DNA from: a virus
DNA length: 59,006 bases
Direction: 5' to 3' (one strand)
Virus record (IMG/VR): IMGVR_UViG_3300025770_000022
Coordinates: 1 to 59,006 of that record
The position numbers and the translations under genes were made by a program. Below the pieces are notes generated by a model. That model did not search any database. It was given only the letters and a program-made list of their open reading frames with translations, and was not told where the DNA came from. Positions 19,211 to 29,241 of the stretch are shown piece by piece. Each line of letters starts with the position of its first letter. The stretch's first letter is position 1.

Positions 19211-22200
19211 TTATGCCGGTACTGGCCATACGTTGCTATCGTCTACAGTAGTAGAGTGGACGTGGTCGCCCGCTCCAGAGCCCTGTGTGTTTTGTGACCA
19301 CTGACCACCAATTGGAACACTTCCCAAATATGATATTGTATCGTGGTTGTCATAGTCACTTGTTTGTGATATAATGTTATAAGTAGAACCATTCCACTCT
19401 AATACTAATTCGTGAGTGTATACGGCCGCGTGTGTACTATCTCTCTGTGGTGTAGTTACATAAGTTCCACCAATCAAGGATGTATAATCTGCAACACTTA
19501 TCCAGTAATCGTGGTCGTGGAATCCACCAGTTAGAGAGAATTTATGCACATATGTAGATGTTCCTGGTATAATATCCCATTGTGAAATACCAGCAACTAC
19601 AAATGTTCCCTTTGCTCCCATATTGGGATTAAATTTTATCGTATATCCGTGATAGTGGGAACTTGCTCCGTTTGGAGAATCAAAGAATATAATACCATAG
19701 TTGGCATTCTGAGCATTAATCAAATCATTTGCTTGTGCCAAAGTAATTGGTTCACACGTTCTTCCGACATTAACTCCCGCTGAATCCAAAGAGCATCCAT
19801 CATAAAGCAGGTGGTCGTGACTTCCGATACCAGCAATAAACGATGGTTGCATCTGAACAATGGGCGGGTTGTTTGCCTGAAGGACATTATTTACATAAGT
19901 TTTTCTTTCCGTTAAGTCTTCCACTTCGGAAGTTGTTTGACTTGTCGTAACTTCAGACGTAATAACTGGGTCACCAACCGATGTTTCAGTACCATAATCT
20001 GAATAGTATATAATATCAGTCGTGGTCGTTGTAATCTGGACCGTTGACGTTGTTGTCGTTGTGATTAAATCACTATATGTTACGATAATAGTTGTATCAC
20101 CAGTCGCAGGCGTATCTGGATACGTTGTTGTGACTGGTAGTAATTCGGTTGAAGCCTGCGTAACAACAACACTCGGTGCCGCAGAAAGAACTTCATCAGT
20201 TGATGTAGTCTTCGTTATATATATGCTACCACCAGTTTGCTGTGGTATTGCAACTAGATTTGGATTCCAGTCAATTGTCAAGTTATGCCAGTGAAGTCCT
20301 TCAGCCGCATTCTCAACTACAGATACATAATATTTAGTAGGGTCTTGAAGTGAATCTTCAATGCCACCTTTAATCCAAGTCACTGACCAATCAGCATAGA
20401 ATATATTATAATTAGTATCCCATTTAATTCTGTACTCGTGAAAGTGAGCACCCTCAATTGAATCGTAAATAGTAACACTATCTACAACACCATCAATCAG
20501 TTGCATACCTTGGTCAATCGTCATTCCGTGAGCGTAAGAAATCTGTCCAGTCAAAGCCCCTTCTGCAAATGGTCCCACAACTGTATCATTATGAAAGTGA
20601 GGGTGAGAACCACCTGGATAAGGATATCCAGGAGAAGCAAATGTCGGTAGAATTTCCATCATCTCATTATAACCTGGTCGTGAAAACAGATTAGAGATGT
20701 TCGTTGGATGTGCGTGTGACCTTGGGTCTGCGGAATAGAATTGATGTCCGTCAGATGATTCCCATTTCTCAGTATCTAACGCAACGAAACTTAATGTATT
20801 TGGGTCGTATGTAATTGTGATTCCGTGATAATGGTCTCCGCCTGAGATAGATGTATATGTTTTTACTTCAGTCACTTCACCATTAATCAAATCAGTTGCT
20901 TGATTATCATCTAATGGTAATGCTTGTCTGCCAGTGTGTGTTCCGAGAGTGTCTAATGTTGTTCCGTTAAATGCGTGTAGATGGTCTGGTTCAGAGCCTT
21001 CTAATTTATGCCAATCGTGTGCATTTGATAATGTAACATCAGGAGCAGTATACAATGGTGTACCATTCCAACCAAGATGGGTCGTTATACCATTAACTAA
21101 AAGGGTATGCTCGTGAGTTCGTAGATGTGTATCTACTGCTTCCCATTCTCCAGTACTGTTTTCATCCCACATCTCAGCCATTTCGTCTGCAACAAATTGT
21201 TGCGTAGAAAGATTCCACATAATTTTATATACGTGATAATGTTGATGCTGGCCAGAATCTTCAATAGAAGAATAAACATAAAATGCGTTTACTACTCCAT
21301 TAGCAAGTTCTTCTGCTTGTATTCTCGTAATCGGTACAGCCGTTCTACCATCATTAGCACCAAATGTATCTAGTGTCTCACTATTGAAATAGTGGATGTG
21401 AGCGTTCTCGCCATATTCGTTTGCTCCAAGTATCTCTACTACGGGAGCAGTCTCAATATAAAATGTTCCGTCATCATCGTCATCATCGACAGCAAGATAA
21501 GGCGTATCAGAGCCTGTGTCGTATGGTTCCCAAACTAGAGTTAGAGGATTCAAATGCCATCCAGCAGATGAACCAAGAAGAATATTTTCATCTACTATTC
21601 CAGTCCACGAAGTAATTACAGGATGCAAGTGAGAGACAGGAGTATTATAAGTCCATATAGGGAAGAAAGCATCCCAGTCAGTCATTTCAATATCAGATAT
21701 CTCAGTTGCAGAGAATAATTCTGTGTTAATGTCGTATACTACTTTATATCCGTGAACGTGAGCCGTTTCAGAAGCAGGGATTTGTGAAGATGCACCCGTT
21801 TCTGTAGAGGAATCATATGTATCAGTTAGTTTGTATATATCACAATTCTGTGGGCCAGTTCCTTGATAACTATCAATACCAATTCTTGTAGCCATATAAA
21901 GTTCGCCATTAGTGTCTTCACCTAATGTCAATACAGATTGGTCGTGAGTTGTTAAGTTCAATACAGATGTTGCAGGGTCCCAGAAAGATAAATTCTTTCT
22001 TGTATATCCTACATCGCCATTGTATTCGATAAATGTGAATACATCGTGGTTCTCCATATTCGTTTGTGCTATCAGATTCCAAGTATTGAAAGTCGCATTC
22101 CATATAATGGAGAATGTGTGAGTATAACTTTCAGCGTGAACCGTATCACTCTGAACAACAACAATTGGTGTTCCAGGATTCGCTTGAGCCATCGCAACTT

Positions 22201-25200
22201 GACTCGGAGTTAATATAGCCTCGTGACTATGATTTGCTCCATTGATTGCATTAGGAGTTATTGTGAAGTGTGCAGAAAGTCCATCAGGATTTTCTTCTAG
22301 TGAAAAGAGATGACCAGTAGTACCAGCCCAACTCGTACTCCAATCTCCGAATATGTATTTGCCTTGAAGTCCAGTTAAGTCACTTCCCCTATAGATGAAT
22401 CCACCTAAGATAGAAATACCAGTTCCGTGACTGTACTCGTGAATAGGTGATTTTAAATCAAGAAGAAATGCTTGAGTATTTGCATAGCCTTGGTCTAATG
22501 CCATTTGGTCAATAGTTGCTTGGTCTTCTTCAAAGTAATGATATGCTTCCATTACTCTCCAACCATAGTTGCCGCCCTTTTCGATAATGTTTACTTCTTC
22601 AAATTTATTTTGTCCAACATCAGCCGCCCATAGTTTACCATCTGGAGCAAAAGAGAATCTCCAAGGATTTCTTAATCCGTATGCCCATATCTCTTCTCTA
22701 AACATTGCACCCGCAGTACCGTGTGGTTTTGCATTTACACCAGTGAAGGGGTTATCGGAAGGTATGGAATAAGGTTTATTATTAACTGTGTCTGGTGCGA
22801 CATCAATTCTAAGAATTGTGCCCAATATGTTAGTAGGGTTCTGTGCATTACCATATACTCCGTGTCCGCCGTGACCGCTAGAACTCGAAGTATCTCCCGC
22901 ATTTCCGCCGTCACCGAATCCGATATAGAGATAACCATCTGGGCCAAATACTAATTGACCACCGTTATGATTCATATCAGGTTGTGGCTGTGTGATTAAA
23001 ATTCGTTCAGTAGTAATATCAACTGTCTCTGCCGCAACGTCAGCCGTGAACTCAGCAATGATTGAAGTTGAAAGAGGATATCCGTATGAGCCAGTAGATG
23101 GACCTTGCTCTGTCATATAATAGACATACAAGAGTCCGTTTGTTGCGTAATCTGGATGGAATGCAAGTCCTAGAGCGCCACGTTCATCATATGCACCGAA
23201 TGGCCCGACTCCGATAGTCAGATTAAGAGAAGTGTAGTCGAAAAATAATGATTTGACACCAGACGTAGTATCCATCAAGTGAATGATTCCAGATTGGTCT
23301 ACAATACAGATTTTATCTGGGTCCATCGGATACGCTACAATAGTCGCAATGTCTGTGCCTGTACCCATCTTAACATCCCCTAGTAAATCTCCAGTATCAC
23401 CAGAGCCAGGAACTTGTTGAATATAGTTAGATGAATATAATTCTACCCAGTCTACATTAGGTACTAGCGTAGCAGGGAAAGTCTGTGCGTGTTGGAATGT
23501 AAATGATGCTTCACCAATTGCAGTAGCAACCGTGGCATCATCAAGTTCATTGAATACATTCTGTCCGAGATTCATTGTGTTACCAGAATAATCAACACCG
23601 TCAATTAAACTAGGGTCAACCACAAGTTCTGGTTTATAGTTATAACATATCCACGTAGTAACTGGCGTATATCTAAATCCGTGCGTACAAGGATTACCCA
23701 TAAAGTCAGTATTCATTTCCCAGTCTGATTCGTATGTGACTAGGTACTCGTGATAATGTGCAGAGGTAATTCCATTTGAATCGGCTACCGTACCGCCTTG
23801 GAAGACGCCATTTTCATCTGTCTCAGGGACCCCGTTGGTAGTTATTCCGATACTATCGTAAAGAGTTACGTCTGTGATATCTCCGTCAATTAATTTTCTT
23901 GCATCGGCTCTTGATAGAGGGTCAGATACACGACCACGTTGTCTGTCTACAATTTGACCATCTACAAATCTATGAACGTGACCCGTTGCTTCAGGCAAGA
24001 ATGCAGTCGTATGAACATCTGCAAGGAATTCTGGAATTTCAAAAGCATCAGAATTCATTAATGCTCTTGCTTGAGAATAACTTAGTCCGTGAGCCGTTGC
24101 TTCTTTTCCGTGAACCATTAAATTAGGTATTGCACTTCCATCAAAACTATGAACGTGAAACGCTGCCGCTCCAACACTCATCAATGGAAGTTCAAGTCCT
24201 TTAGTAAGACTTGTAGATACTAGTGGTGCGAAACCATTCTTTCTTCCGTGGGAATGGATTACATTAGGGTTATCAAACGCCTGTATCTGAACCGCATCAA
24301 TAACGTCATTTGTATTCCCGTATACTTTTTTAACTAGTGTGTCTTCTCGACCACTCTCGAATGCGCCGTAACTCTTTTCAGGAGCGTATTCGGCTTCTTG
24401 CATAAACGATTCAACCCATTCAACAACTCTAGAAAGATGTTTGAATACGGACAATTCATAAACGTCACAAGAAATCATTCTACCGTCTGTGGTATTCTCT
24501 AGATTATCCTCAATGCCTAATTCAGTAACAGAAGGTGGGAACTCTTCAATAGGTAGAACTCGGAGAAGATTAGTAAATTCAAATACAACCTTCTCAGGCC
24601 AAGCATTAATCTGGTTCTTGATTTCATCACGGAGAATATTAATTTGATAGAGTTTCTCTGTAAGTTTGGTACCAATAGTCTTGATTTCATTTTTATCAGT
24701 TACTATATCAACCCCTACGTGTTCACCAGGAGCACCCCAATTATCAGGAGTTACTAAGGCAGCCCTTGAATCGAGATTACCCATCATTTCAATGATATAT
24801 TCGTCAAAGCCTTTCTCAATGAAGACTCCAAATCCAGTATGAGCCCTTCCGACTGAACCGTGTTGTTCGCTCTCTTGGTCCCAGATATCAACCGCGACAT
24901 CAAGATAAGAGAATATCGCAATAATCATCTTGACGTAATCGGTAGGTAATTCGATTACCAAATCAACTGTAGACCTAAACGAGAACTCAGCAAATAATTT
25001 CAGTCCAACAGGGTGAACTAGTTTTTTAAGAACTTCTCTATACGACTGAATAGGTACATCACTTCGGATAACATAAGAGAAATCTTGGTAGTAGTCATTA
25101 TCTTGGAGTTTTCTGTCAGAAGACAGGAAGCCGCCAGAGTCAAGCCAGTAACCATTTGTTTTCCAAACGGCCGTCTTGACATTAGGTTGAGTCTCGATAT

Positions 25201-26482
25201 TAACAAGAGCATCACACTCTTCTCGTGTCAAAGGAGGACTACTTACATTTAATAGTATATTGTGTTCTACGTCTTGAAGGGTCTTAGTAATATCGACTAC
25301 TGGGTACCACGAAAGAAACGCACTCTCTCCGAAATAGGGGCTCGCCTTGTCTAACCCATCCGGGTGCAACGCCGCCACACAATCAACCTCAGTAGTAAAC
25401 GTATGAAGAACTGGCCAATCCGTAGAGATACTACAGAATGATTGGCTCGGGTTTTCCCAATAGTTGTTCGCCGCCACGTTAAATAATTTCTCACCTAACT
25501 CAAACTCACCAGTTACTTCTAATAGGTTCAGTTTTGTCCAGTCAGTATCAGTACCATCAATGGTTGCTGTAGCACCAGAGGTTAATCCTTTTATTAGTGA
25601 ACCACCCTCTCTGTGTACCCCTGCCGCGTGTAGGTAATGAACTTCATTTGGATGTCCACTAATATTAATCCATTTATCTGTCCATTTGTGCCCATTGACA
25701 ATACATTCACCCTCTGTCCGAATACCGTCAGAGATGATTAGTGCTTTATAGGGTATAGTGCCAGATGTACCAACGTCTTCCCAGATTTCTTCGTCTTTAA
25801 TGAATACGCCATTTACTTCGGTTAATAGGAGTCGCTCGTAGTCTGTAGTAGAGACTGATTCGTCCATATCCACGAAAGCCGTTGCGCCGCTAATTTGGCC
25901 ACGGATTTTTTTGTTGTAGATAGACCGTACCGTCTCGGCCACGTGTGAGTTATTCGTGTTGCCGAAATAGGGCGATGCAGAATCTAGTGTGGCTTGGTCA
26001 GTTAGTACCGTAATCCATTGTGGCTCATACCATACAGAGCCAGACGCCTTCATCATCCATTGCTTTGGATACATCGTATCAACGTCTGTATTAAAGTCTC
26101 GTCTGAATAGAAACTCTAGGGCAGAAGTAGTACCTTTCTGTCTATAGACAGGTTGGATATTCTTAGCAAGGAAGGACTTGTCAGTAGTCTCTACTGTTGG
26201 GTCTATTGAGGTGTGTGGTGTACCGTGGAGATACTTAGCCTCGAATTCTGGTATGAAATTATCTAGTGCGTGGTCAACATCAATGTTCTGAATCAAATCA
26301 GTTATTTGATTGTACTCGCCTAGTTCCCCATTAACACCAGTCTCTCGTTCCAAGTATTCAAAATACTTGCGAAGGAAAGTGATGAACATAGGATGGTCTT
26401 CCCGTACATAGTCGGGCACCATTCTCTCAACAAAGACCGATAGGAACTTAGCAGGAGATTTAGTAAATTTATCGTTAGCCAT
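19211..26482 (-). CDS. gp7: Baseplate wedge initiator (gp7-like), extended to 2423 aa with His-triad repeats and a glucose/sorbosone dehydrogenase (GSDH) domain
   Basis: VPDYVREDHPMFITFLRKYFEYLE, YRQKGT..LEFLFR, GFLSSDRKLQDNDYYQDFSYVIRS..VHPVGLKLFAEF; position between gp6 and gp8; GSDH motifs HNGGQLVFGPDGYLYIGFGDGG and EIWAYGLRNPWRFSF. Confidence 0.85.
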   Translation of the reverse strand: MANDKFTKSPAKFLSVFVERMVPDYVREDHPMFITFLRKYFEYLERETGVNGELGEYNQITDLIQNIDVDHALDNFIPEFEAKYLHGTPHTSIDPTVETTDKSFLAKNIQPVYRQKGTTSALEFLFRRDFNTDVDTMYPKQWMMKASGSVWYEPQWITVLTDQATLDSASPYFGNTNNSHVAETVRSIYNKKIRGQISGATAFVDMDESVSTTDYERLLLTEVNGVFIKDEEIWEDVGTSGTIPYKALIISDGIRTEGECIVNGHKWTDKWINISGHPNEVHYLHAAGVHREGGSLIKGLTSGATATIDGTDTDWTKLNLLEVTGEFELGEKLFNVAANNYWENPSQSFCSISTDWPVLHTFTTEVDCVAALHPDGLDKASPYFGESAFLSWYPVVDITKTLQDVEHNILLNVSSPPLTREECDALVNIETQPNVKTAVWKTNGYWLDSGGFLSSDRKLQDNDYYQDFSYVIRSDVPIQSYREVLKKLVHPVGLKLFAEFSFRSTVDLVIELPTDYVKMIIAIFSYLDVAVDIWDQESEQHGSVGRAHTGFGVFIEKGFDEYIIEMMGNLDSRAALVTPDNWGAPGEHVGVDIVTDKNEIKTIGTKLTEKLYQINILRDEIKNQINAWPEKVVFEFTNLLRVLPIEEFPPSVTELGIEDNLENTTDGRMISCDVYELSVFKHLSRVVEWVESFMQEAEYAPEKSYGAFESGREDTLVKKVYGNTNDVIDAVQIQAFDNPNVIHSHGRKNGFAPLVSTSLTKGLELPLMSVGAAAFHVHSFDGSAIPNLMVHGKEATAHGLSYSQARALMNSDAFEIPEFLADVHTTAFLPEATGHVHRFVDGQIVDRQRGRVSDPLSRADARKLIDGDITDVTLYDSIGITTNGVPETDENGVFQGGTVADSNGITSAHYHEYLVTYESDWEMNTDFMGNPCTHGFRYTPVTTWICYNYKPELVVDPSLIDGVDYSGNTMNLGQNVFNELDDATVATAIGEASFTFQHAQTFPATLVPNVDWVELYSSNYIQQVPGSGDTGDLLGDVKMGTGTDIATIVAYPMDPDKICIVDQSGIIHLMDTTSGVKSLFFDYTSLNLTIGVGPFGAYDERGALGLAFHPDYATNGLLYVYYMTEQGPSTGSYGYPLSTSIIAEFTADVAAETVDITTERILITQPQPDMNHNGGQLVFGPDGYLYIGFGDGGNAGDTSSSSGHGGHGVYGNAQNPTNILGTILRIDVAPDTVNNKPYSIPSDNPFTGVNAKPHGTAGAMFREEIWAYGLRNPWRFSFAPDGKLWAADVGQNKFEEVNIIEKGGNYGWRVMEAYHYFEEDQATIDQMALDQGYANTQAFLLDLKSPIHEYSHGTGISILGGFIYRGSDLTGLQGKYIFGDWSTSWAGTTGHLFSLEENPDGLSAHFTITPNAINGANHSHEAILTPSQVAMAQANPGTPIVVVQSDTVHAESYTHTFSIIWNATFNTWNLIAQTNMENHDVFTFIEYNGDVGYTRKNLSFWDPATSVLNLTTHDQSVLTLGEDTNGELYMATRIGIDSYQGTGPQNCDIYKLTDTYDSSTETGASSQIPASETAHVHGYKVVYDINTELFSATEISDIEMTDWDAFFPIWTYNTPVSHLHPVITSWTGIVDENILLGSSAGWHLNPLTLVWEPYDTGSDTPYLAVDDDDDDGTFYIETAPVVEILGANEYGENAHIHYFNSETLDTFGANDGRTAVPITRIQAEELANGVVNAFYVYSSIEDSGQHQHYHVYKIMWNLSTQQFVADEMAEMWDENSTGEWEAVDTHLRTHEHTLLVNGITTHLGWNGTPLYTAPDVTLSNAHDWHKLEGSEPDHLHAFNGTTLDTLGTHTGRQALPLDDNQATDLINGEVTEVKTYTSISGGDHYHGITITYDPNTLSFVALDTEKWESSDGHQFYSADPRSHAHPTNISNLFSRPGYNEMMEILPTFASPGYPYPGGSHPHFHNDTVVGPFAEGALTGQISYAHGMTIDQGMQLIDGVVDSVTIYDSIEGAHFHEYRIKWDTNYNIFYADWSVTWIKGGIEDSLQDPTKYYVSVVENAAEGLHWHNLTIDWNPNLVAIPQQTGGSIYITKTTSTDEVLSAAPSVVVTQASTELLPVTTTYPDTPATGDTTIIVTYSDLITTTTTSTVQITTTTTDIIYYSDYGTETSVGDPVITSEVTTSQTTSEVEDLTERKTYVNNVLQANNPPIVQMQPSFIAGIGSHDHLLYDGCSLDSAGVNVGRTCEPITLAQANDLINAQNANYGIIFFDSPNGASSHYHGYTIKFNPNMGAKGTFVVAGISQWDIIPGTSTYVHKFSLTGGFHDHDYWISVADYTSLIGGTYVTTPQRDSTHAAVYTHELVLEWNGSTYNIISQTSDYDNHDTISYLGSVPIGGQWSQNTQGSGAGDHVHSTTVDDSNVWPVPA

Positions 26483-26500
26483 TTGTTACTGTATCTCCGT

Positions 26501-28261
26501 TCAATTGATACTCTGCATCGTTACACTACTAGTATTTAGTACGAGTAGATTACTTCGGATTGCCGTAATATCATTTGATTGCGGAGTAGCGTACAAACTT
26601 ATTACTGAATTAGTGTCTAACACGGGTCTAAATCCAATTAACTCTATGATTCCATTGGTATAGTCGATGGTACCTTGCTCTGTATTGAGGAATTGCTCAT
26701 TAACAATGTCGTATAATAGAATATTGCCTTGGCCATCGTCTAATAGAGCATACTGGGACCCCGTATCTGTATTACCGAATACACTTGACACGGCAGTACC
26801 AGGTGTGATAGCATTATCATACTTAAAGATATAGTTACCAACGGTATTGGATGCTTGAATAAAAAACTTCTTATAAAACTTGACAGACGTTAAATTATTT
26901 GATATACTTTCATCAGCAATGTCAATAGTATTACCAAGGCGGGAATACCTCATTGTCACTTTAAATGCAGATATCTCTTCCTCAAAGAAGGCCTGAATGT
27001 CTGCTATTACTTTACTCTGTATCTCACCAGCACTCAAACTGGTTAAGACAGGGTTATACTTGACTGTGCTAATAACATCAATGTAGGTGTACTCTGGTGC
27101 TGTTATAATAGGGTTTATGGCTAACATATTGTATTTACTCAATATATCAGTCGTTAATTTTTGTTTGGTCAATGGTGACAACTCTAGGCCGTGCTTAGGC
27201 TTGATACAAATGAATACTGCACCATACTGAGGAGGGTCATTATCTTCACCACCCCATACGGCTATTGAATCAATATTAGGATACTTCTCTATTAATATAT
27301 TCTTATAGTCCTCTGCGGTCACTGCCCTATCTTGTCTCTCATAGGCTCTTGGTGCTGTAAGTTTAATGTTTTCAGTGGTCTCTGCACTCGCACCTAGAGA
27401 AGAGATGTCCACAGTGTCCACCGTCACGTGGGAGTCGGTGTAGACGTTGGCTATAGTCGATTCAAGTGCGAACACTTGCTCATTAATAGTAGAGGTATAG
27501 TTACCTGGAGCACCCACCGTAGATAGGTAAGTTACTTTAACTGATTGACCATCAAGAGGTATTTTGCCAAAGATGCCATTGCCGAAGTATATCTCACTAA
27601 CTCCATCAAGGCCTTCCTGAACAAAGAATGAATTACTCGTAGGGGTCAATTCGCTTAATACTTTGTTGACTTCCCAAGGCTTGTCATTAACAAGCATAGT
27701 AATAGTAGAGCGGTCACAGGTAGCATCATTAATAAAGAAGGACTGGGCTTCCGCAGTAGCGTCATATGTCCATTCAAGGCCTTTTAATGTCCCTTGATGC
27801 AACTTAATTTCGCCAGCGAACTCTCCACCCTCGTCTGCAAACACATTAACAGTAGATAAATTGGTAAATGGAAGAGGTACACCAGTAATATTAGATACAA
27901 ATTGAGTACCTTTCTCTACAATAATGTAACTTGGGTCATATCCAGTCGTATCAAACTCTAGTTTAACAATAGATTCAGCGGCTGTAACGCTCTTAGGTAT
28001 ATATCCAATGCTCTTAGCGTGACTCACAACACTATTTCGGAGCGTTGCGGTATCTAAAAATGCCTCATTGACTGCCATATTCGTATGGAAACCCATATAG
28101 TGTGTAGTATATGCCATTACATCCAGCATTACACTCATACCAGAGCCGTCAAAGTCATAGTCCAAGAACTCAGTCTGACCCTTCATAAAGGTCTTGATGT
28201 TCTTCTTAATGCCATCGAACTCTAGGTCCGATAAGTTTAATGCTTTCTTATTCTGTGCCAT
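26501..28261 (-). CDS. gp6: Baseplate wedge subunit
   Basis: LEFDGIKKNIKTFMKGQTEFLDYDFDGSG..EAFLDTATLRNSVVSHAK..RAVTAEDY..WGGEDNDPPQYGAVFI. Confidence 0.92.
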   Translation of the reverse strand: MAQNKKALNLSDLEFDGIKKNIKTFMKGQTEFLDYDFDGSGMSVMLDVMAYTTHYMGFHTNMAVNEAFLDTATLRNSVVSHAKSIGYIPKSVTAAESIVKLEFDTTGYDPSYIIVEKGTQFVSNITGVPLPFTNLSTVNVFADEGGEFAGEIKLHQGTLKGLEWTYDATAEAQSFFINDATCDRSTITMLVNDKPWEVNKVLSELTPTSNSFFVQEGLDGVSEIYFGNGIFGKIPLDGQSVKVTYLSTVGAPGNYTSTINEQVFALESTIANVYTDSHVTVDTVDISSLGASAETTENIKLTAPRAYERQDRAVTAEDYKNILIEKYPNIDSIAVWGGEDNDPPQYGAVFICIKPKHGLELSPLTKQKLTTDILSKYNMLAINPIITAPEYTYIDVISTVKYNPVLTSLSAGEIQSKVIADIQAFFEEEISAFKVTMRYSRLGNTIDIADESISNNLTSVKFYKKFFIQASNTVGNYIFKYDNAITPGTAVSSVFGNTDTGSQYALLDDGQGNILLYDIVNEQFLNTEQGTIDYTNGIIELIGFRPVLDTNSVISLYATPQSNDITAIRSNLLVLNTSSVTMQSIN

Positions 28262-28267
28262 CTCTTA

Positions 28268-28675
28268 CTACCTCAATCTATTTAAGAAGAAATCTAATTG
28301 TACTGGGGACCCTTCGTTGACTGGCGTATATGCTATAGTAACATCATAGCCATTCCTATCTTCATCAGCATTAACCTCAACTCCAATCAACTCTACACGT
28401 GGTTCAAATGTGTTAATGGCCTGCTTGATTGCGGCAGTCAGTATAACTCGTGTCTCTGTAATCATTGGTTCAAAGAGCGAATGGTAGATAGTAGAGCCGA
28501 ACTCACTCTGGAATACCCTCTCACCTCTCTGAGTCTTAATAATATGTATGATGGACCCATTAATCGCATCAACGTCCGAACGACCAACGATATCATTGGT
28601 CAATGGATGTACCAACATATCAAGGTCTAAGTCTCTGAACTTGCGTACTCTCGTTGTTCTAATGGGTTCTGGCAT
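28268..28675 (-). CDS. gp25: Baseplate wedge subunit / sheath initiator (GPW/gp25 family)
   Basis: FRDLDL..HPLTND..SIIHIIKTQRGERVFQSEFGS..INTFEPRV. Confidence 0.9.
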   Translation of the reverse strand: MPEPIRTTRVRKFRDLDLDMLVHPLTNDIVGRSDVDAINGSIIHIIKTQRGERVFQSEFGSTIYHSLFEPMITETRVILTAAIKQAINTFEPRVELIGVEVNADEDRNGYDVTIAYTPVNEGSPVQLDFFLNRLR

Positions 28676-28702
28676 AACGCTTGAATTCCTCTGTATATAC
28701 TA

Positions 28703-28710
28703 TATTTATA
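28703..28710 (-). promoter_or_regulatory. T4-type late promoter TATAAATA
   Basis: Exact motif upstream of gp25. Confidence 0.7.
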
Positions 28711-28731
28711 CTGCGTGTCGAATAGGTTCGT

Positions 28732-29022
28732 CTAACCATTTGTAATGACATCTCCACTACCTGTTTGGTTACTCGAACCACAGTCAATCGCATCACCTAT
28801 CCTTGCTAATGGCTTGGAGTTCACGAGGACGTTAGGACTACCTGATGCCTGGGCTGCTCCGTGTGGTACACAAACAGGACAACCGTGAGTCTGCCAAGGG
28901 TCTCCTACACGATGGGCACCAAGGCTATTCACGAAAACATTGCCTGATGCTCCTGCATTCTCTCTAGGTGGATAACACCCGTGACCTGTGCAGATATCGG
29001 TTAATCGAACTGTACCTGGCAT
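28732..29022 (-). CDS. gp5.4: PAAR-domain spike tip protein
   Basis: RLTDICTGHGCYPP..VFVNSLGAHRVGD..H..GSPNVLVNSKPLARIGDAIDCGS. Confidence 0.92.
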   Translation of the reverse strand: MPGTVRLTDICTGHGCYPPRENAGASGNVFVNSLGAHRVGDPWQTHGCPVCVPHGAAQASGSPNVLVNSKPLARIGDAIDCGSSNQTGSGDVITNG

Positions 29023-29240
29023 TAGGGTCTAAACCTCTTGAATTTGAGGGTATCTCTCACGCTATTCACAAAATTTCTCTTCGCTGTACCAATAAAACTT
29101 TTTTTTATTTCCGTGTTTTTAGCGTTTTCGGTGGTATTTGCGAAAAAAGTGGGGTTTTCAGGCTCTTTTGACCGAAAGATAGAGTCGTAATTGTCTCTAT
29201 AGGCATCATTCACGGGCTTTTGAGTCTCGTTAATAGTCAT
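29022..29240 (-). CDS. Small hypothetical protein (72 aa; KPVNDAYRDNYDSIF)
   Basis: ATG at 29240 follows the TGA of the upstream gene by 1 nt; the longer 29357 start would overlap that gene. Confidence 0.55.
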   Translation of the reverse strand: MTINETQKPVNDAYRDNYDSIFRSKEPENPTFFANTTENAKNTEIKKSFIGTAKRNFVNSVRDTLKFKRFRP

Positions 29241-29241
29241 A

